The notes beneath the pieces were generated by a model, which made no database searches, was not told the origin of the DNA, and saw nothing but the letters and a program-made list of their open reading frames with translations. Of a stretch of 64,000 bases of DNA, positions 42,775 to 56,999 are shown in pieces. Each line of letters starts with the position of its first letter. Position 1 is the first letter of the stretch. A program made the translations under genes and the position numbers. This stretch comes from Octopus vulgaris. Taxonomy: Eukaryota. The stretch lies in the NCBI GenBank assembly GCA_951406725.2, contig OX597820.1, forward strand, positions 96,348,001 to 96,412,000. Reading direction: 5' to 3'.

Positions 42775-45700
42775 TCTTTTTCTTTCAAATTTGCTTCCAT
42801 TTCTTGCCGAGTGTCTTCCCGACTCCTAGGGAAAAGAAACTCATAGTATACATTGGTAGGCCATTAAACTAAACTCACTAGTTCGTTCATTTTTTTTTTT
42901 AAGTTAAATTAAAATACATGGGTAGTAATAGTTCTCACATCGACAATGATCTTCTCAATACGTGTGATGTACCAGTTAAGACAATCTTTTGCACTTCTTG
43001 CAGAGATGGTAAGTCAGGGATCATTCTCATATAATTTTCGGTTCCCTTCTTGATCCTACGATCACTGGTATTGTAACCGCCTTGAGATGCCACATTTTCT
43101 CAATTTCAATAAGCAGGTCTTTATATTTTCTGAGCTTGTCAAACTCTTTCGCCGAGATATTATGATCACAGGGGATGCTCATGTCGATCAATAAGCAAAC
43201 TTTATTGTTTTGATCTTTTACAACAATATCCGGTTTATTGGCTTTGATGGTTCGGTCTGTATGTACTAGAAAGTCCCACAGAATCGTTACATTTTCTCCT
43301 TCAGTTACAGCTTCAGGGTGGTGATTATACCACTTGTCGGCAGTTTTGATATTGTAATGCCGACTTATTAGCCAGTGTAGATATTGGCCAACTCTGTCAT
43401 GTCTTAATTTATACTCCACTGGTGCTAAGATTTTACATCCAGAGATTAGGTGGTCCACTGTTTCAATCATGTCGTTGCAGAATCGGCATTTTGGGTCTGC
43501 TCCATTTTTCATCACAATGGCCTGGTAGTTCCGGGTTAATAGGCTTTGATCTTGAGCAGCCAGGATGAAACCTTCGCTCTCTGCTTTTAGCCCTGAGCTC
43601 CGTATCCACTGATGGGTTTACTTCTGGTCAACATCAGCTTGTTTGCCACGGGCCACATATTTGCCGTGCAGAGGTTTCTCCTCCCACCTATCAGCCAATT
43701 GCTCGTGCGCTTTTTTCGTTGCCATTATTTTCACCTTCTTTGAAACAATAATTGCCGTACTTCCCTCGGGTTGTTCAGTTTGGGTATCCTGCACGAGATC
43801 AATAGCAAATTTTTTGCTTTCCTTTATGATAGAATGAAGCTTCTTTCATCTCTTGTGATTTTCCACGAGCTTTAGCATCCAGTCATTCGTTATTTCAAGA
43901 TATTTGGCCAGTCCAATTGTGATTGTTTTGTAAGCTAGTTCAAATTGGATCAGGCCTCGACCTCCTTGGGCTCTGGGAAGGTAAAGGCAATCTACGTCTG
44001 CCTTTGGGTGGTGCATCCTATTACAACTCAGCAGCTTGCGTATTTTCCTATCTATATTCTTTACTTCACTCATATTCCAGTTCAACACATTGTAGCTATA
44101 AGTAACAACTGGAACTGCTAAGGAATTTATAGCTAACACCTTGTTACGTGCATTTAGTTCAGATTTCAGGACTGCACGAACTCTCCTATAACATTCCTTC
44201 CTGATCTTCTCTTTCATGCTTGCATGCTGAATACCAGAGCCTTCATTTATCCCTAAATATTTGTATGTTTGTTCTTGCTCAAGCTCTCTTATGACTGTGT
44301 CAACATCTAACACGACTGAATTTGTAGTCTTCACTTTCCCTTTTTGGAAAGTGGTCTTGGCACACTTCTCAAGCCCAAACTCCATCCCGATGTCATCGCT
44401 GAATGCTTTCAGAGTGCGCAATAGGCCTTCAAGTTCATTATCGTCTTTACCATAACGTTTTAAGTCATCCATACAAAATAGATAGCTTATTTTTTTATTG
44501 GCAATTTTATACCCATACCCTGTTCTGTTTATTTCACTTGTAAGGGGTATTAGGGCTATGCAGAATAGTAAAGGTGAAAGTGAGTCACCTTGAAAAATTC
44601 CACAGTTGATGTTTATATTTTCTGAGGCAAGTACTCCATTAGAGTGGTATAATTGGAGATTCGTATTCCACAACGACATATTGTGCTTCAGGAAGCTTGA
44701 AATCACAGGGGAAATTTTGAAGATGTCCAGCGATCTCAAGATCCATGGATGCGGTATACTGTTGAAGGCCTTTTTATAGTCAATCCATGCGGAGCTGAGA
44801 TTTCTGCGCTTGTTGTGATAGTTGTCAAGGATCATACGATTAATTAGCAGTTGATCTTTGCATCCGTATGAGCCTCGGCGGCACCCTTTTTGTTCAATGG
44901 GGAAAATATCGTTCTTCTCCATGAATGCATATGTTTTCTCCGCCAGGATAGATGTTAGGATTTTATACGTGGTGGATAGACAAGTTATAGGCCGATAGTT
45001 TTTTGGAAGGTTGATTTCGTTATTCTTTGGGAGTAGGTAAGTAATACCACTTGCTAACCATTCAGGTGTTTTCTTTGGGTCTCTCATAATTCCATTGAGC
45101 AGCTGAACTAGCTTATCGTTTGCGCATGGGAGCGATGCGAGCCAGAAATTCGGCACCCTATCTTTACCGGGGGATTTCCAATTATGGGCCTTCGTGAGTG
45201 CCTTTCTTAGGTCTGCTATTGTGATGTCTTCCCATGCTTGTTGTTGTAAATTTTGGTAGGATCCTTCAGTTTGTATAATCCAGTCTGTATTTATGTTGTA
45301 CATCTTCTTGTCACTCCAAAAGCTTTGAACTTCTTCCATGGGAGGGGGGTCTTTAACGGTTACTTTCTCCTTCCCTATTTCTCTGTAGAATTTTTTGGCA
45401 TTGGATGTGAACAGCTTATTTTGCTTGTAAAACTTGTTTCTCTTCTCAAATCTTCGTATTCTTTGGACTTTTGCTTGGACTTTTTGTTTCAGCGTTTCTT
45501 TTATTGATATCAGTTCTTCTTTTGGTGAGGATCCAAATTTTCTCTTCATCTTTCTTCCTGTTCTGGATCTTACATCATTTCCACATATTAGTTCATTTAA
45601 TATTAATATTTCCCCTCTCATAAATTCAATCTCTTTTTCAATTTTACTTCTCCAGGTTTGATTTCTTCCCAGGTTTGGTTTTCTTTGTTTTTTCGGGGGC

Positions 45701-46685
45701 ATACAGCTGGTTTCAATTGCTCGAGCAGAAGCGTAAATAATTTCATTTAACTCAGTAAAATCAGGTTTTAATTCTTGTATTATTTCATTTGTTACATAGT
45801 TGCCAATTTTGATTTGTTTTTTACTTTGGTTTGTATTTGAGAATTTATGAAGTGGTTTTCTATCATTCATACTTGTATGTCTTACAACTTCAAGTGTATT
45901 CAGGATTTTCTGCCTCATTCTGCCATAGGCTCTCTGTGTTCTTCAGCAAATGCGAGATCTTCAGTTACTGTTGTTTTTTCATTTTCCTGGCTATCTTTAA
46001 CAGGTTCAATAGAATTTCTTGTACCTTCAGGCCTTTGCGTACTTTGGTCAGATGGCAATATTTCAATTAAGCCTCGTGGCGGGCTATACTGTTCATCTGA
46101 TTCTTCATTTCCTTTGTGTCTTATATTTATGTCATTTTCCGTTGCGTGCTTGATCGCGCTTATTTCACTGTCTGTGAGTCTGTTATTTCTAAGGATATCC
46201 CTCCTCACATTTGCTAATTTGTTCTCGTCCAAATAGGGCCTACTGTCTTGATTCCGTGTTCTCCATATACTGTAAGAGTTTGCGGTGTGTGTCTCTTGAG
46301 ATGGCCTACCTAATGCATAGTAATAAGCGTATATTACTTCTTTATGCTCTTCTCGGGTCCATTTGTTCCGTTTACATTTTTCTTTCCGTGGTGGTTGTGG
46401 TGGTGAACTTGGAGGGCTCGAGTTGGGGAATTTCCCGTTCAAGTGACCATCCATGTCCGTATTCGGAGAAGAGTTTGTGCCAGTTGATGACTTTTCGATC
46501 CCAGGCTGGCTCTTCCCTGGGGGACGCGCTTCCAGATTAACCATAGGACAAGCGATTTGGTATACTGATTTAGTTTTCCTTTTAGTTTCCAAAAACATTT
46601 TGGTGCTACGATAATGTTATCATTTTTTAGCTTTGATTGGCTAGTGGGGAGACGGCCATCATTGCCGTTACAATTATAATCGTAC
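42775..46685 (-). mobile_element. Near full-length R4/Dong-like non-LTR retrotransposon (RT + CCHC + restriction-like endonuclease), frameshifted, in (TAA)n
   Basis: ORFs 45915-46598, 43846-45918 (YRPITCL, WIDYKKAF, GIFQGDSLSPLLF, CMDD) and 43027-43515 (CRFC..ETVDHLISGC, RHD, KPDI, K..KY..L). (ATT)n at 42689-42773 and 46687-46749. Confidence 0.92.
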
Positions 46686-46749
<64 letters not shown>

Positions 46750-47777
46750 GTCATCGAACTCGGAATCTTGGGGTTAGAATCTTAACCACTATGTCATATG
46801 CCCGTAGGCAATTATGGAGTGAATTTTAGGATTAATAAATCTAACATTTTCCTATCCTTCCTAAATACCGGTTCCCATATGCTACTCATATCTGCACACG
46901 GTCTGCTTAGGAAGTTGCTGTGTCCTTGCATATGTGTTGTTTCTTTTAGTTTTCGTATTTTCCAGTGATGTGCTCTGTCTATTATTTTAATTTCATCTCA
47001 CAGGGGGCAGGTGGTCTCCATTTTTCCATACAGGATCAGCTATACACGATTTATCAATATCTCCTCGTGTCACAGCTTTGCGATGTTCGTCTTCCCTTAT
47101 CTTGAGGGGACGGAATGTTTCGCCTTTGTATAACCTACTACAGCTGCATGAGATGAAGTATACGCTGTCTTTGGTCATATTCTCTTCTATTGGTGGTTTT
47201 ACACGAAGGTGATCTTTGCGAAGTGTTATATTACTCTTGAATACTGTCCTGATGTCATATGAGCCACATATATTTTGTATCTTTTCGGAGACGCCTTTCA
47301 CATAGGGTAGACAGCCTGTGGACAGTTTATTGGTTTCATCCTCCCTCTCCATAATTGGAGTGGATAATATGTTTTGTGGGTAGTTGTTGCTTAATAGATC
47401 GTTATTGAACTTGATCGTTTCTTCGTGGTGTGTCTCACGATCTCTACTTATATTCTATGCTCGGTGTTTTAGGCATTCTATACTGTTTGAATGGTGGAAA
47501 TTGAAGTTGAGGTATCGTCCAGTGAAGGTCAACTCCAATTCCCACCATCCATACAGTGTAAAGAGAGGGATTGCTCAATGCATAAAACATGGTGCAAAGA
47601 ATATAAGTAGCGATCGTGATACACACCGCGAAGAAATGATCACGCTCAATAACAATCTATTAAGCAACAACCCGAAAACATACTATCCACTCCAATTATG
47701 AAAAAAAACAGAGGAAGAAACCAATAAACTGTCCACAGTCTATCTACCCATGTGAAAGGCCGGTCCGAAAAGATACA
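46750..47777 (-). mobile_element. Degenerate Penelope/Poseidon-type PLE C-terminus with an old inverted duplication; its 3' end lies at ~42555-42690
   Basis: ORF 46993-47352 has LPYVKGVSEKI, VYFISCSCSRLYKGET..RxxEH. NSHHPYSVKRGI occurs on the + strand. 47276-47467 is a diverged inverted copy of 47577-47777. Confidence 0.8.
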
Positions 47778-47947
47778 TAAGATATATATATTGATATATA
47801 CATACATACATACATACATACATATACATAAACATATACATGTGTATATATATGCATATTTATGTATATTTGTATATACATACATACACACATAGACATG
47901 TATATGTATATAATGTATGTATGTATGCATATATATATATGTGTGTG

Positions 47948-47995
<48 letters not shown>

Positions 47996-48599
47996 TACAC
48001 ACATACATACATACATACATACATACATACATACATACATACATACATACATACATACATACATACATACATACTTCAGAACTAACATTTCTTTGTACCC
48101 ATAAACATTATTTTTTCAGATCTGACACTATCTACCGCGCCTTCACAAAGAAAAGGAGAAAAACACACAGACAGAAAGAAAATGTCCTACCAATTTGAAG
48201 ACTATGGAGATATTTGCAAAACATTTCATTGAATTTTTTCTTCGATTTGATTGTTTTTCCTGTTTTACTTTCTTAGTTGAATAAGTCGAAAAGGCTGAAA
48301 CCGGTACAAAATGCATTTCATGCTAAAAGTATTTTAGCATTTTCTACCTTGTCTTATTTTCCTTATTTGTGTGTGTAGTGTGGTGTATTGATCATAACAT
48401 ATAGCCAGAGTTCTGGATGAACACACTATAATATTGTTCGTATTACTCGTAGCATACACGTGGGTACAGCGTTTGAATAGTGTATTCACATTCGGCTCTG
48501 TAAATTTTGGATGTGTTGGTTGGATATCTGTTACATGATGTCGCTCGATTATGTGCATATTCGGCCATGGCACTTTCAAATTTTATATAAATTGGAAAT

Positions 48600-48662
48600 A
48601 TTATACTGAAGAGAAAAGTAAGTAAAACTTAAAATACTTTAATCTCGAAACGCGTATATAAT
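48600..48662 (+). ncRNA. Minimal hammerhead ribozyme in a PLE pLTR-like fragment
   Basis: ATTATA / CTGAAGA / GA-AAAGTA...TACTTT..TC / GAAACGCGTA / TATAAT. Downstream sequence (48775-48818) matches the arm ends of the 35.8 kb and 63.4 kb fold-backs. Confidence 0.75.
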
Positions 48663-48826
48663 TAATCCTGGTCGTGTTGATTCCTTGTTTTTTCTCTTTG
48701 CCTTCGTAAAAAAGTATGTTTACCGTCATGGAGGTTCTTATAGTAGTATAAAAGTAATGTTTAACTCCTTTTTCTAATTTCGGTATGTAGTGAAGCAGTT
48801 AGCTGAACCCTAATTATAATTATATA

Positions 48827-48910
<84 letters not shown>

Positions 48911-48951
48911 CAAATATATCTATACATATATATATATATATATATCTATAC

Positions 48952-49092
<141 letters not shown>

Positions 49093-49111
49093 TATATATA
49101 CATACATATAT

Positions 49112-49370
49112 GGTGACGCAATGGCCCAGTGGTTAGGGCAGCGGACTCGAGGTTGTAGGATCGCGGTTTCGATTCCCAGACCGTGATTCCCAGAGGGTGA
49201 TAGCGATCCCTGCTGTACTCTTTCGCCACAACTTTCTCTCACTCTTTCTTCTGTTGCTCGCTTAGCCAGCGGGGTGGCGTCACTTGAAGGCTAAAACAAT
49301 GCAAAGCGTATTGTGACCAGCGATGTGTAGCAACATCTGATAGCCTGGTCGGTCACGGTGATCACGGTGA
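49112..49370 (+). mobile_element. tRNA-headed SINE, distinct family
   Basis: tggcccagtggttagg..ggtttcgattccc head and (cacggtgat)n tail, in (TA)n. Confidence 0.7.
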
Positions 49371-49594
49371 TATATACATATACATATATATATACATATA
49401 ATTCCAAGAGAGTTAGAGGTTGTGAATCCAGCCAACTAAGGAATAATATCTATCCAATATACTGCTGGTAGAATACCCAATCATTAATACACACGTGTTT
49501 TGTCGTTGCATGGAAATTATTCTACTGAATGTAATAAATGAGTCACGGTAAATAGTTGTTTTACTCGTAATTTATACGGCAATAAGAAAATTAA

Positions 49595-49838
49595 TTTATT
49601 TTAAAAAATAACAATTATAACAATATACATACATGTATAACATATTATGCTTTACATATATAAAAATACAGGTAATTATTAAAATATATAACGTAGAACA
49701 TAGAAAATAGAATAGTAGAATAGTTTCTATGTTCAGCGTTATATATTTTGATAATTACTGGTATTTTTATATATGTAAATCATAATATGCTATACATGTA
49801 TGTATATTGTTATAACTGTTTTCTTTTTAATAAATAAA
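49595..49838. repeat. AT-rich inverted repeat, ~110-bp arms
   Basis: caatatacatacatgtata...gaacatagaaa vs tttctatgttc...tatacatgtatgtatattg. Confidence 0.7.
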
Positions 49839-49922
49839 GACATAATATAATGTCTAAAAGTTGATGAATACCATCACTAGATCTCCTCCATTTTCTTATT
49901 GCCGTATATATATATATCTATA

Positions 49923-49956
<34 letters not shown>

Positions 49957-50435
49957 CATGCATGCATGTATGTATGTATGTGTGTATGTATGTATGTATG
50001 TATGTATGTATGTATGTATGTATGTATGTATGTATGTATGTATGTATGTATGTATGTATGTATGTATGTATGTATATAAAATATAGCTTCAGGCCCACCA
50101 AATCCTTGTGACCGGATTTCGTACACGGAAACTGAACGAAGACTGTCGTATATATGTGCATGTGTGTATGTTAGTGTGTGTGTCTGTGCTTGTGCCCCCA
50201 CCATCACTTGACGACAGATGTTGCTGTGTTTAAGTCCCCGTAACTTAGCCGTTTAGCAAAACACACCGATAGAAGTACTAGGCTTACAAAAAATAAATCC
50301 TAGGGTCGATGTTTTCGACTAAAGGCGGTGCTCCAGCATAGCGACAGTCACATAAGTGAAACAAGTAAAATAATAAAAAAAAACTATGCCGTTTTAATCC
50401 CGAGCAACGCCGGATATCTCTGCTAGTATACATAT

Positions 50436-50466
<31 letters not shown>

Positions 50467-51176
50467 CGTATAGTAAATACATAACGGTGTTCAAATTTTA
50501 GCATTTTTATTTCAGTTGTTTCGTATTTCCTTACTAGTTTTTTATAGTTTGATTGGAAATATAATGTTCCTGAATTCATATTCGACGTTCCCAAACATTC
50601 GCAGTATCATTTTCAAGAACTGAATATACGTGCTGTTTGTACTGTTTCTTATATACTGGTTGAATTTATGTAGACTTAGCCACCAATTAACTGTCGTGTT
50701 GATTTGCATGATGCGGTCACTTTTTTTACTGTTATATTCCTGTGCCAGTATCCAGGTATATTCAGAAAATGTGACTGTAAATGTGTTGAAATGATAAATA
50801 TGAATTTAGGAACTTTATTGTTTCATCCGAACTGTAAAAAAGGTACTATTAAGAAAATACTAAAAATCTAAGTTATAAAAGATAAAACTTGAACAATCGT
50901 GCATTTTACGAAGCTTCTATAATAGAAAAGCAGTTCCCCTTTTATATATATATTGGTGTGCATTCAAAGCAATGAATACTTGTATTCAAAGTAATGATTA
51001 GTAACTTACGAAACCGGTATGCTTGAATCTTTTTAACAATTCACAATAATGACTTTTATTACTTTTATTCCTACCTCAGTTCATCTAATTGTATATATCT
51101 TTCGTTACTTTTCATAAAATGCCTTTACTTTTTTGATTTACAATATGCATTTTCGTTTATTTTTCTTACTTTCTCC

Positions 51177-51256
<80 letters not shown>

Positions 51257-51439
51257 CATAGACGATAGTCTTCACATCAACTGTCCAGTACCATAACAAC
51301 AAATGAGAACCAACCCACAATCCTGCAATAAAATTAACAAAGAGGTAAAAGCCATGGCCGTGGGTGCAACTTTTAATATATTGATTGCAGGCCAAGGGTT
51401 TTAGTAAATCATAAAGCATATATCATGATCAAAGGCCAT

Positions 51440-52660
51440 ACGGAAAACTTTGCTCCTAGCCTTAAGCGTAGATTAATAAACCCAGCAAAATTTGAGATCG
51501 GATTAGTAAGAAAGTTTTAAAAGGAAGATTAATAACATCGTGAGAAAAGCCTCTAATATTAATTGAATAAACAAATTTAATACAATCCTTACTTACTTAA
51601 TATATATGATAACCATCTTATCAAATTTACCCAACTTGACATAATATAGTTTTATCTTTCGCTCTCTAAAATATTATTATGTAAAGCACTAAATCTTGCT
51701 AAAATTTGTAACACCATAAGTGAGAGAGATTATAATGCAAGCTAAAATGGTTCTGATTTTTCCTTGAAAATCCATCTTGGTTAAAAGGTCTGACCTGGAC
51801 AGTTTCTTCAATGTAAACAGACGTACATCTTTGTAAAACTATACATCTTGAATATGTTAAATAAGAAGTCTACCTCTACAGACTTTAACCATCATGCAGA
51901 TGACGAAGGAGTTGATTCTAAAAATGCCAAAGGGTCTACACAAGATACATGAATAAAAGATAATCTAAATTTCTGTACATATCTCAAATTCACAATAGTG
52001 AATTTATAATTAATTTACTTGGTGTCATCCTAGATTTAATTACTAATTCTTATTAACCATTTCGATAATAGAAAAGGAAAAGCTCGCTATTGTTAAATAG
52101 GTTTATACCAGCCACCTACAGTACACAAATATCTTACCAACAATCTAAGTAGAATGATTTCAAATTGTTACTCTGGTAAACGTTTGACAACTAAGTCTTT
52201 TAAGGTTAAATCTATTATGTTTGAATCCACTTGCTTAAAAACGCGTTGGATCAAATATAGTACGTACATTCTCAATCCTAGAACCACCTATACAAAGAAA
52301 AGTCTTCGAAAACTTTTCTGTTTACTCCTTACACACTTAAGTTAGCTCCAACACAGCAAAACCTCATTCAAAATTGAACTGATAGTAGCCACAAGTATAC
52401 AAATCCCTTCAACACCAAAGTAACACCAAAGTAAGTTTAGTTGTCTATATAAATAATATTATAACCTATGAACCCGCCATACCGACTGACGTTGATTGTT
52501 CATTAAGAGACAGCAGTACATATCTCTTGAATGGATTCTATAATTCAGAATTTATAGTAAACAAAACAGAAATTAACCAAAGTTTTCGAACCTCGTTACA
52601 ACTCCAGAACGCTATATATAAAAGGTAATAATGCTGATAACCTCAGAACTATTTACAATG
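51440..52660 (+). mobile_element. Highly decayed PLE remnant
   Basis: RLINPAKFEIGLV at ~51470, then fragmentary RT and EN-like segments broken by stops. Confidence 0.55.
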
Positions 52661-52669
52661 TATAAATAT

Positions 52670-53350
52670 CTTTTTCTACTCTAGGCACAAGGCCCGGTTT
52701 TGGGGGAAGGGGGCCAGTCGATTAGATCGACCCCAGTATGCAAGTGGTACTTAATTTATCGAGCCCAAAAGGATGAAAAGCAAAGTCGACCTCAGTGGAA
52801 TTTGAACTCAGAAAGTAAAGAAAGACGAAATACCTATTTCTTTACAACCCACAAGGGGCTAAACACAGAGGGGACAAACAAGGACAGACAAACGGATTAA
52901 GTCGATTACATCAACACCAGTGCGTAACTGGTACTTAATTTATCGACCCCGAAAGGATGAAAGGCAAAATCGACCTCAGCGGAATTTGAACTCACAACGT
53001 AACGACAGACGAAATACCGCTAGCATTTCGCCCGGCGTGCTAATGATTCTGTCAGCTCGCCGCCTTATAACGTAGCGGCAGACGAAATACCTATTTCTTT
53101 ACTACACATAAGGGACTAAACACAAAGACGACAAACAAGGACAGACAAACGGATTAAGTCGATTACATTGACCCCAGTGCGTAACTGGTACTTATTTAAT
53201 CGACCCCGAAAGGATGAAAGGCAAAGTCGACCTCGACGGAATTTGAACTCAGAACGTAACGGTAAACGAAATACCTATTTCTTTACTACCCACAAGGGGC
53301 TAAACACGGAGAGGACAAACATGGACCGACAAACGGATTGAGTCGACTAT
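52670..53350 (-). mobile_element. Head-to-tail array of about four partial SINE family C copies
   Basis: gacgaaatacctatttcttta..ggacagacaaacggattaagtcga..gaaaggatgaaaggcaaa..ggaatttgaactca repeated. Confidence 0.85.
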
Positions 53351-54165
53351 ATCCTGTTGGATAATAGTGCAATTATGGATGATCATACGAATAGGCGAGT
53401 CCTTGAAAATATACAGGAAGATATTAGAGTTTAGGCTTTTACAAATGAGGCATTCTTCGAATACAAAAAGAGCATTGTTTGACTCTTTCAAGTCTATAAC
53501 TGAGGTTTTACTTTGATCTTGATGGGCGCCGAATGAAAGGAACATTCATTATAAATTAATGAATATTTCATAACTAAATATTATTTTAAGCCAGTCTTCC
53601 TTTTTAATCCTACTTTTATTGCTCTTAGTAAATTGCAAATTATTTTAAACATTTTGTTCCTGATAGTCTTGTATTTTTTTTTAATACTTAAATTGAAGTC
53701 TTTCTGTAGTTGACCTCTTATATTTTACTGTTGCAGGCAACTGTGCTTCTTTGGAACTGGCCTTTCAAATAGATTGCGTTTATTTGTCTGATAAAATGGA
53801 AACTTTTTTTCTAAACAGCACTGACGAATATACATATACTTGATTTAATATTTTTTTTAACAGGAAGCCATTGTCAAAGAAAGAAAAAATATAGTGTTAT
53901 TTTGTCAGATGACAATTCAATAACTTTATAAAATATTGATATAGCTTAAAGTAAATCAAATGTCAGAGACAAATTTGACATTTACTGATTAAATTACGAC
54001 AGTATTTCACCCGTCGTATATCATAATATATCATATAACTGAAGTAACTTGTTACTTATCAGGGAGGTAACTACTTTTTATTTCCTATCAAAATATTATT
54101 AGGAAAACAACAAATTTCATCCTATACATACATACATACATACATATTCAATACTATATATATTT

Positions 54166-54286
<121 letters not shown>

Positions 54287-54540
54287 GGGAGAGTTTACGA
54301 AAAAAACAAAAGACGAAAACAGGTGGTGTACAAAACAAACAGATGTATATTAGTATAACGCTCAGGAATAGAAAAAGTTTTTTACGTTTCGAGCCTACGC
54401 TCTTCTACAGAAAGGGACACAGAAAAAAACAAGGAGAGAAACAGATATATACATATATACATATATGTGTGTGTCTGTGTGCATAAGTGTACGTATATGT
54501 ATACATGTGTATATAGATATACATATATATACACACATAT

Positions 54541-54905
54541 GAAGGCGCATGACTCACTGGTTAGAGTGTAGAGCTTACTATCGTGACGTTGTGAGTTCGA
54601 TTCTCGGACCGGGCTGCGTGTTGTGTTCTTGAGCAAGACACTTTATTTCACGTTCCTCCAATTCACACAGCTGTAGAAATCAGTTGCAACATCACAGCTG
54701 CCAAGCTGTATCGGCCTCTGTCGTTCCCTTGGATAGCATCGGTGGCGTGGAGAGGGGAGGCTGGTATACACGGGCAACTGCTGGTCTTCCATAAAATCAA
54801 CCTTAGGTTGTGCGTTCACCGATGAGGCGACTTTCCGCTCAGACTTGTACTCCGGAGGGGAACCTCTTTGGTGTACCCATGGCCATTCGCGACTGACGGA
54901 GTCGA
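54541..54905 (+). mobile_element. SINE family B; a related diverged copy lies at ~5525-5890 (-)
   Basis: Matches 9425-9759. Confidence 0.85.
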
Positions 54906-55014
54906 GTTTAATACACACACACACACACACATTTATGTATTCGTTTTGCAAGATTCCTGGTGTGAAATCGTGTGTTGTCACATTGTTATATTTCGGGATT
55001 CTTTTATTCTATTA

Positions 55015-55398
55015 TTTTTTTACTTGTTTCAGTTGTTTGACTACGGCCATGCTGGAACGCCACCCTAAGGGGTTGTAGTCGAATAAATCGATCCCAGGAC
55101 TTATTCTTTGTAAGCCTAGCACTTATTAGGTCGCACCCTTTTGCTGAACCGCTAAGTTACAGGGACGGAATGACACCAACATCGGTTGTCAAACGACAGT
55201 GGTGGGAATAAACAGACACAAACATACAAGTATATACGACGAGTTTCTTTCAGTTTCCATCTACCAAATCCACTCACAAGGCTTTGCTAGGCCTGAAACT
55301 ATAGTAGAAGACACTTGCCGAAGGTGCCAAGCAGTGGGTCTGAACCCAGAATCATGTGGTTGGAAAGTAATCTTCTTATCACACAGCCACGCATGCAC
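55015..55398 (-). mobile_element. SINE family A, diverged; partial copies also at 50087-50375 (+) and 24495-24580 (-)
   Basis: Sequence similarity to family A. Confidence 0.8.
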
Positions 55399-56635
55399 CT
55401 ATATTCTGTTACGTCATAGAAAGACAAAATGCACTAAACAGAACAGGAGGATACACATGAGATAAAAGGGTTGCTGGAGAGGTCACAAATGTGTGACAAA
55501 AGATTTCCAGACGATGGTCATAAGATAAAATAAGAACAATAATAGACGAGTGAAGAACGAATGTATAGTGCGTGGCAAGAAAACAAAAAAATGACCATCC
55601 CGAAATATAACAAACTCATTGATATTCAAGAACTATGATAATTTGCCTAATTTTTTCATGTGCGTTATGAAGAGTATAATTTCATTTGCACCGCTCAGAT
55701 AGCAGTTCAGATAACTCTAAAAGGCCGTTTTTAAATTACCCAAAAGCAAATGATTTTAATAGCATCTTCAGGCCCCAGTACTTTATTCTTCCAGCTCTAG
55801 ACCTTGAATTATAACAGCTCATTCTTCGAACATGTTCTGAAATAGCTGCACTACGAACATTAAACGCAGTCAAATGAAGGAAGATAAGTCACACTGAAAG
55901 AAAAAAAGTTTTGAGCAGTTGACAATGATGAATCTGTACACATGGAATTAATTCATCTCGATTCTCTAAAGACCTTTAACATAAAGCATGTAATTTATCA
56001 CAAAACGTGTAAAGATGATTCAAAACTGTAACTTCATTTACAAATTCGTCGACACAAAACTCAAGCTGGTGTTGGAACAGCGTCAAACACTTTTATCAGT
56101 AAAATCATCGCGAAATAGTTTTACAAAGCTTGAATTTTGTTCTACCATAATTGTCGCTATATCAATTACAATTAATGTCACATATAATTTTAGTTACTGC
56201 ATGGAAAGAAAAACTACTTTGCTAACTTAGAAGCCCATTATAGATACAATTTGCATTTGCGCCAAGTTTTAAATGTCTTAATTCATAAAGGATGACAAAA
56301 TTGGCAAGTCTCATCACTTGCAACTCTCATTCAGACTACAAGAAAAGTTTTACCATTAATAATAGAATATGTTAGATTCTTTATTCTTTGGAAATTATAT
56401 TTCTCACCACTTTTCTCTCGTATTTGGTTTCTAACGTAGTTTATAATATCTGTACATGTTCTACGAGGTGGAAGAACGTACGTACGCTTAGGCAGTTTCT
56501 TCATTTCATTTCCATATAAGACATGTATGTGGATAACCTACAAAACTTATCTTGCTTTCGTTTCGAAATTTTATTCTCTTATTCTCTAGTTGATTATATA
56601 TATATATATATATATATACATACATATACATATAC

Positions 56636-56696
<61 letters not shown>

Positions 56697-56824
56697 AGTA
56701 AAGTGTGAAAAAACGACAGAAGGCTTAAATGTTAAAAAATATATATATTTGTGTCAAAATGTCTGGAGAATATTGGAAAAATTTTTTTTCCTTTCCTTAA
56801 AATGACATAATTTTAAAATTTTTA

Positions 56825-56864
56825 AAGAAATTACCGGTTTCGCGTGTAGCTTTTCAAATTTCTT
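56825..56864 (-). ncRNA. Mirror copy of the U3-A8 hammerhead-like motif in the left arm
   Basis: Reverse complement of 61549-61588. Confidence 0.7.
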
Positions 56865-56999
56865 GTGACGTTATGTTTATATTGCATGGAATTATCGTTG
56901 TTTTTACTTCCAGGAGATTTCTAAATAAGGGGAGGTAGTGAGTGATTTTTTCCGGTGTAGGGGAGATAATCGCTTAAAAATTTTTTTCCCATTTCCTTG

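Noticed and set aside
48276-48310. HHR-like TTGAATA..GAAACCGGTA motif
   Set aside because: No 3-8 pair and no convincing stem I; at most a decayed copy.
52670-53350. Regularly repeated units resembling a CRISPR array
   Set aside because: Units are long SINE fragments without unique spacers, in a eukaryotic context with no cas genes.
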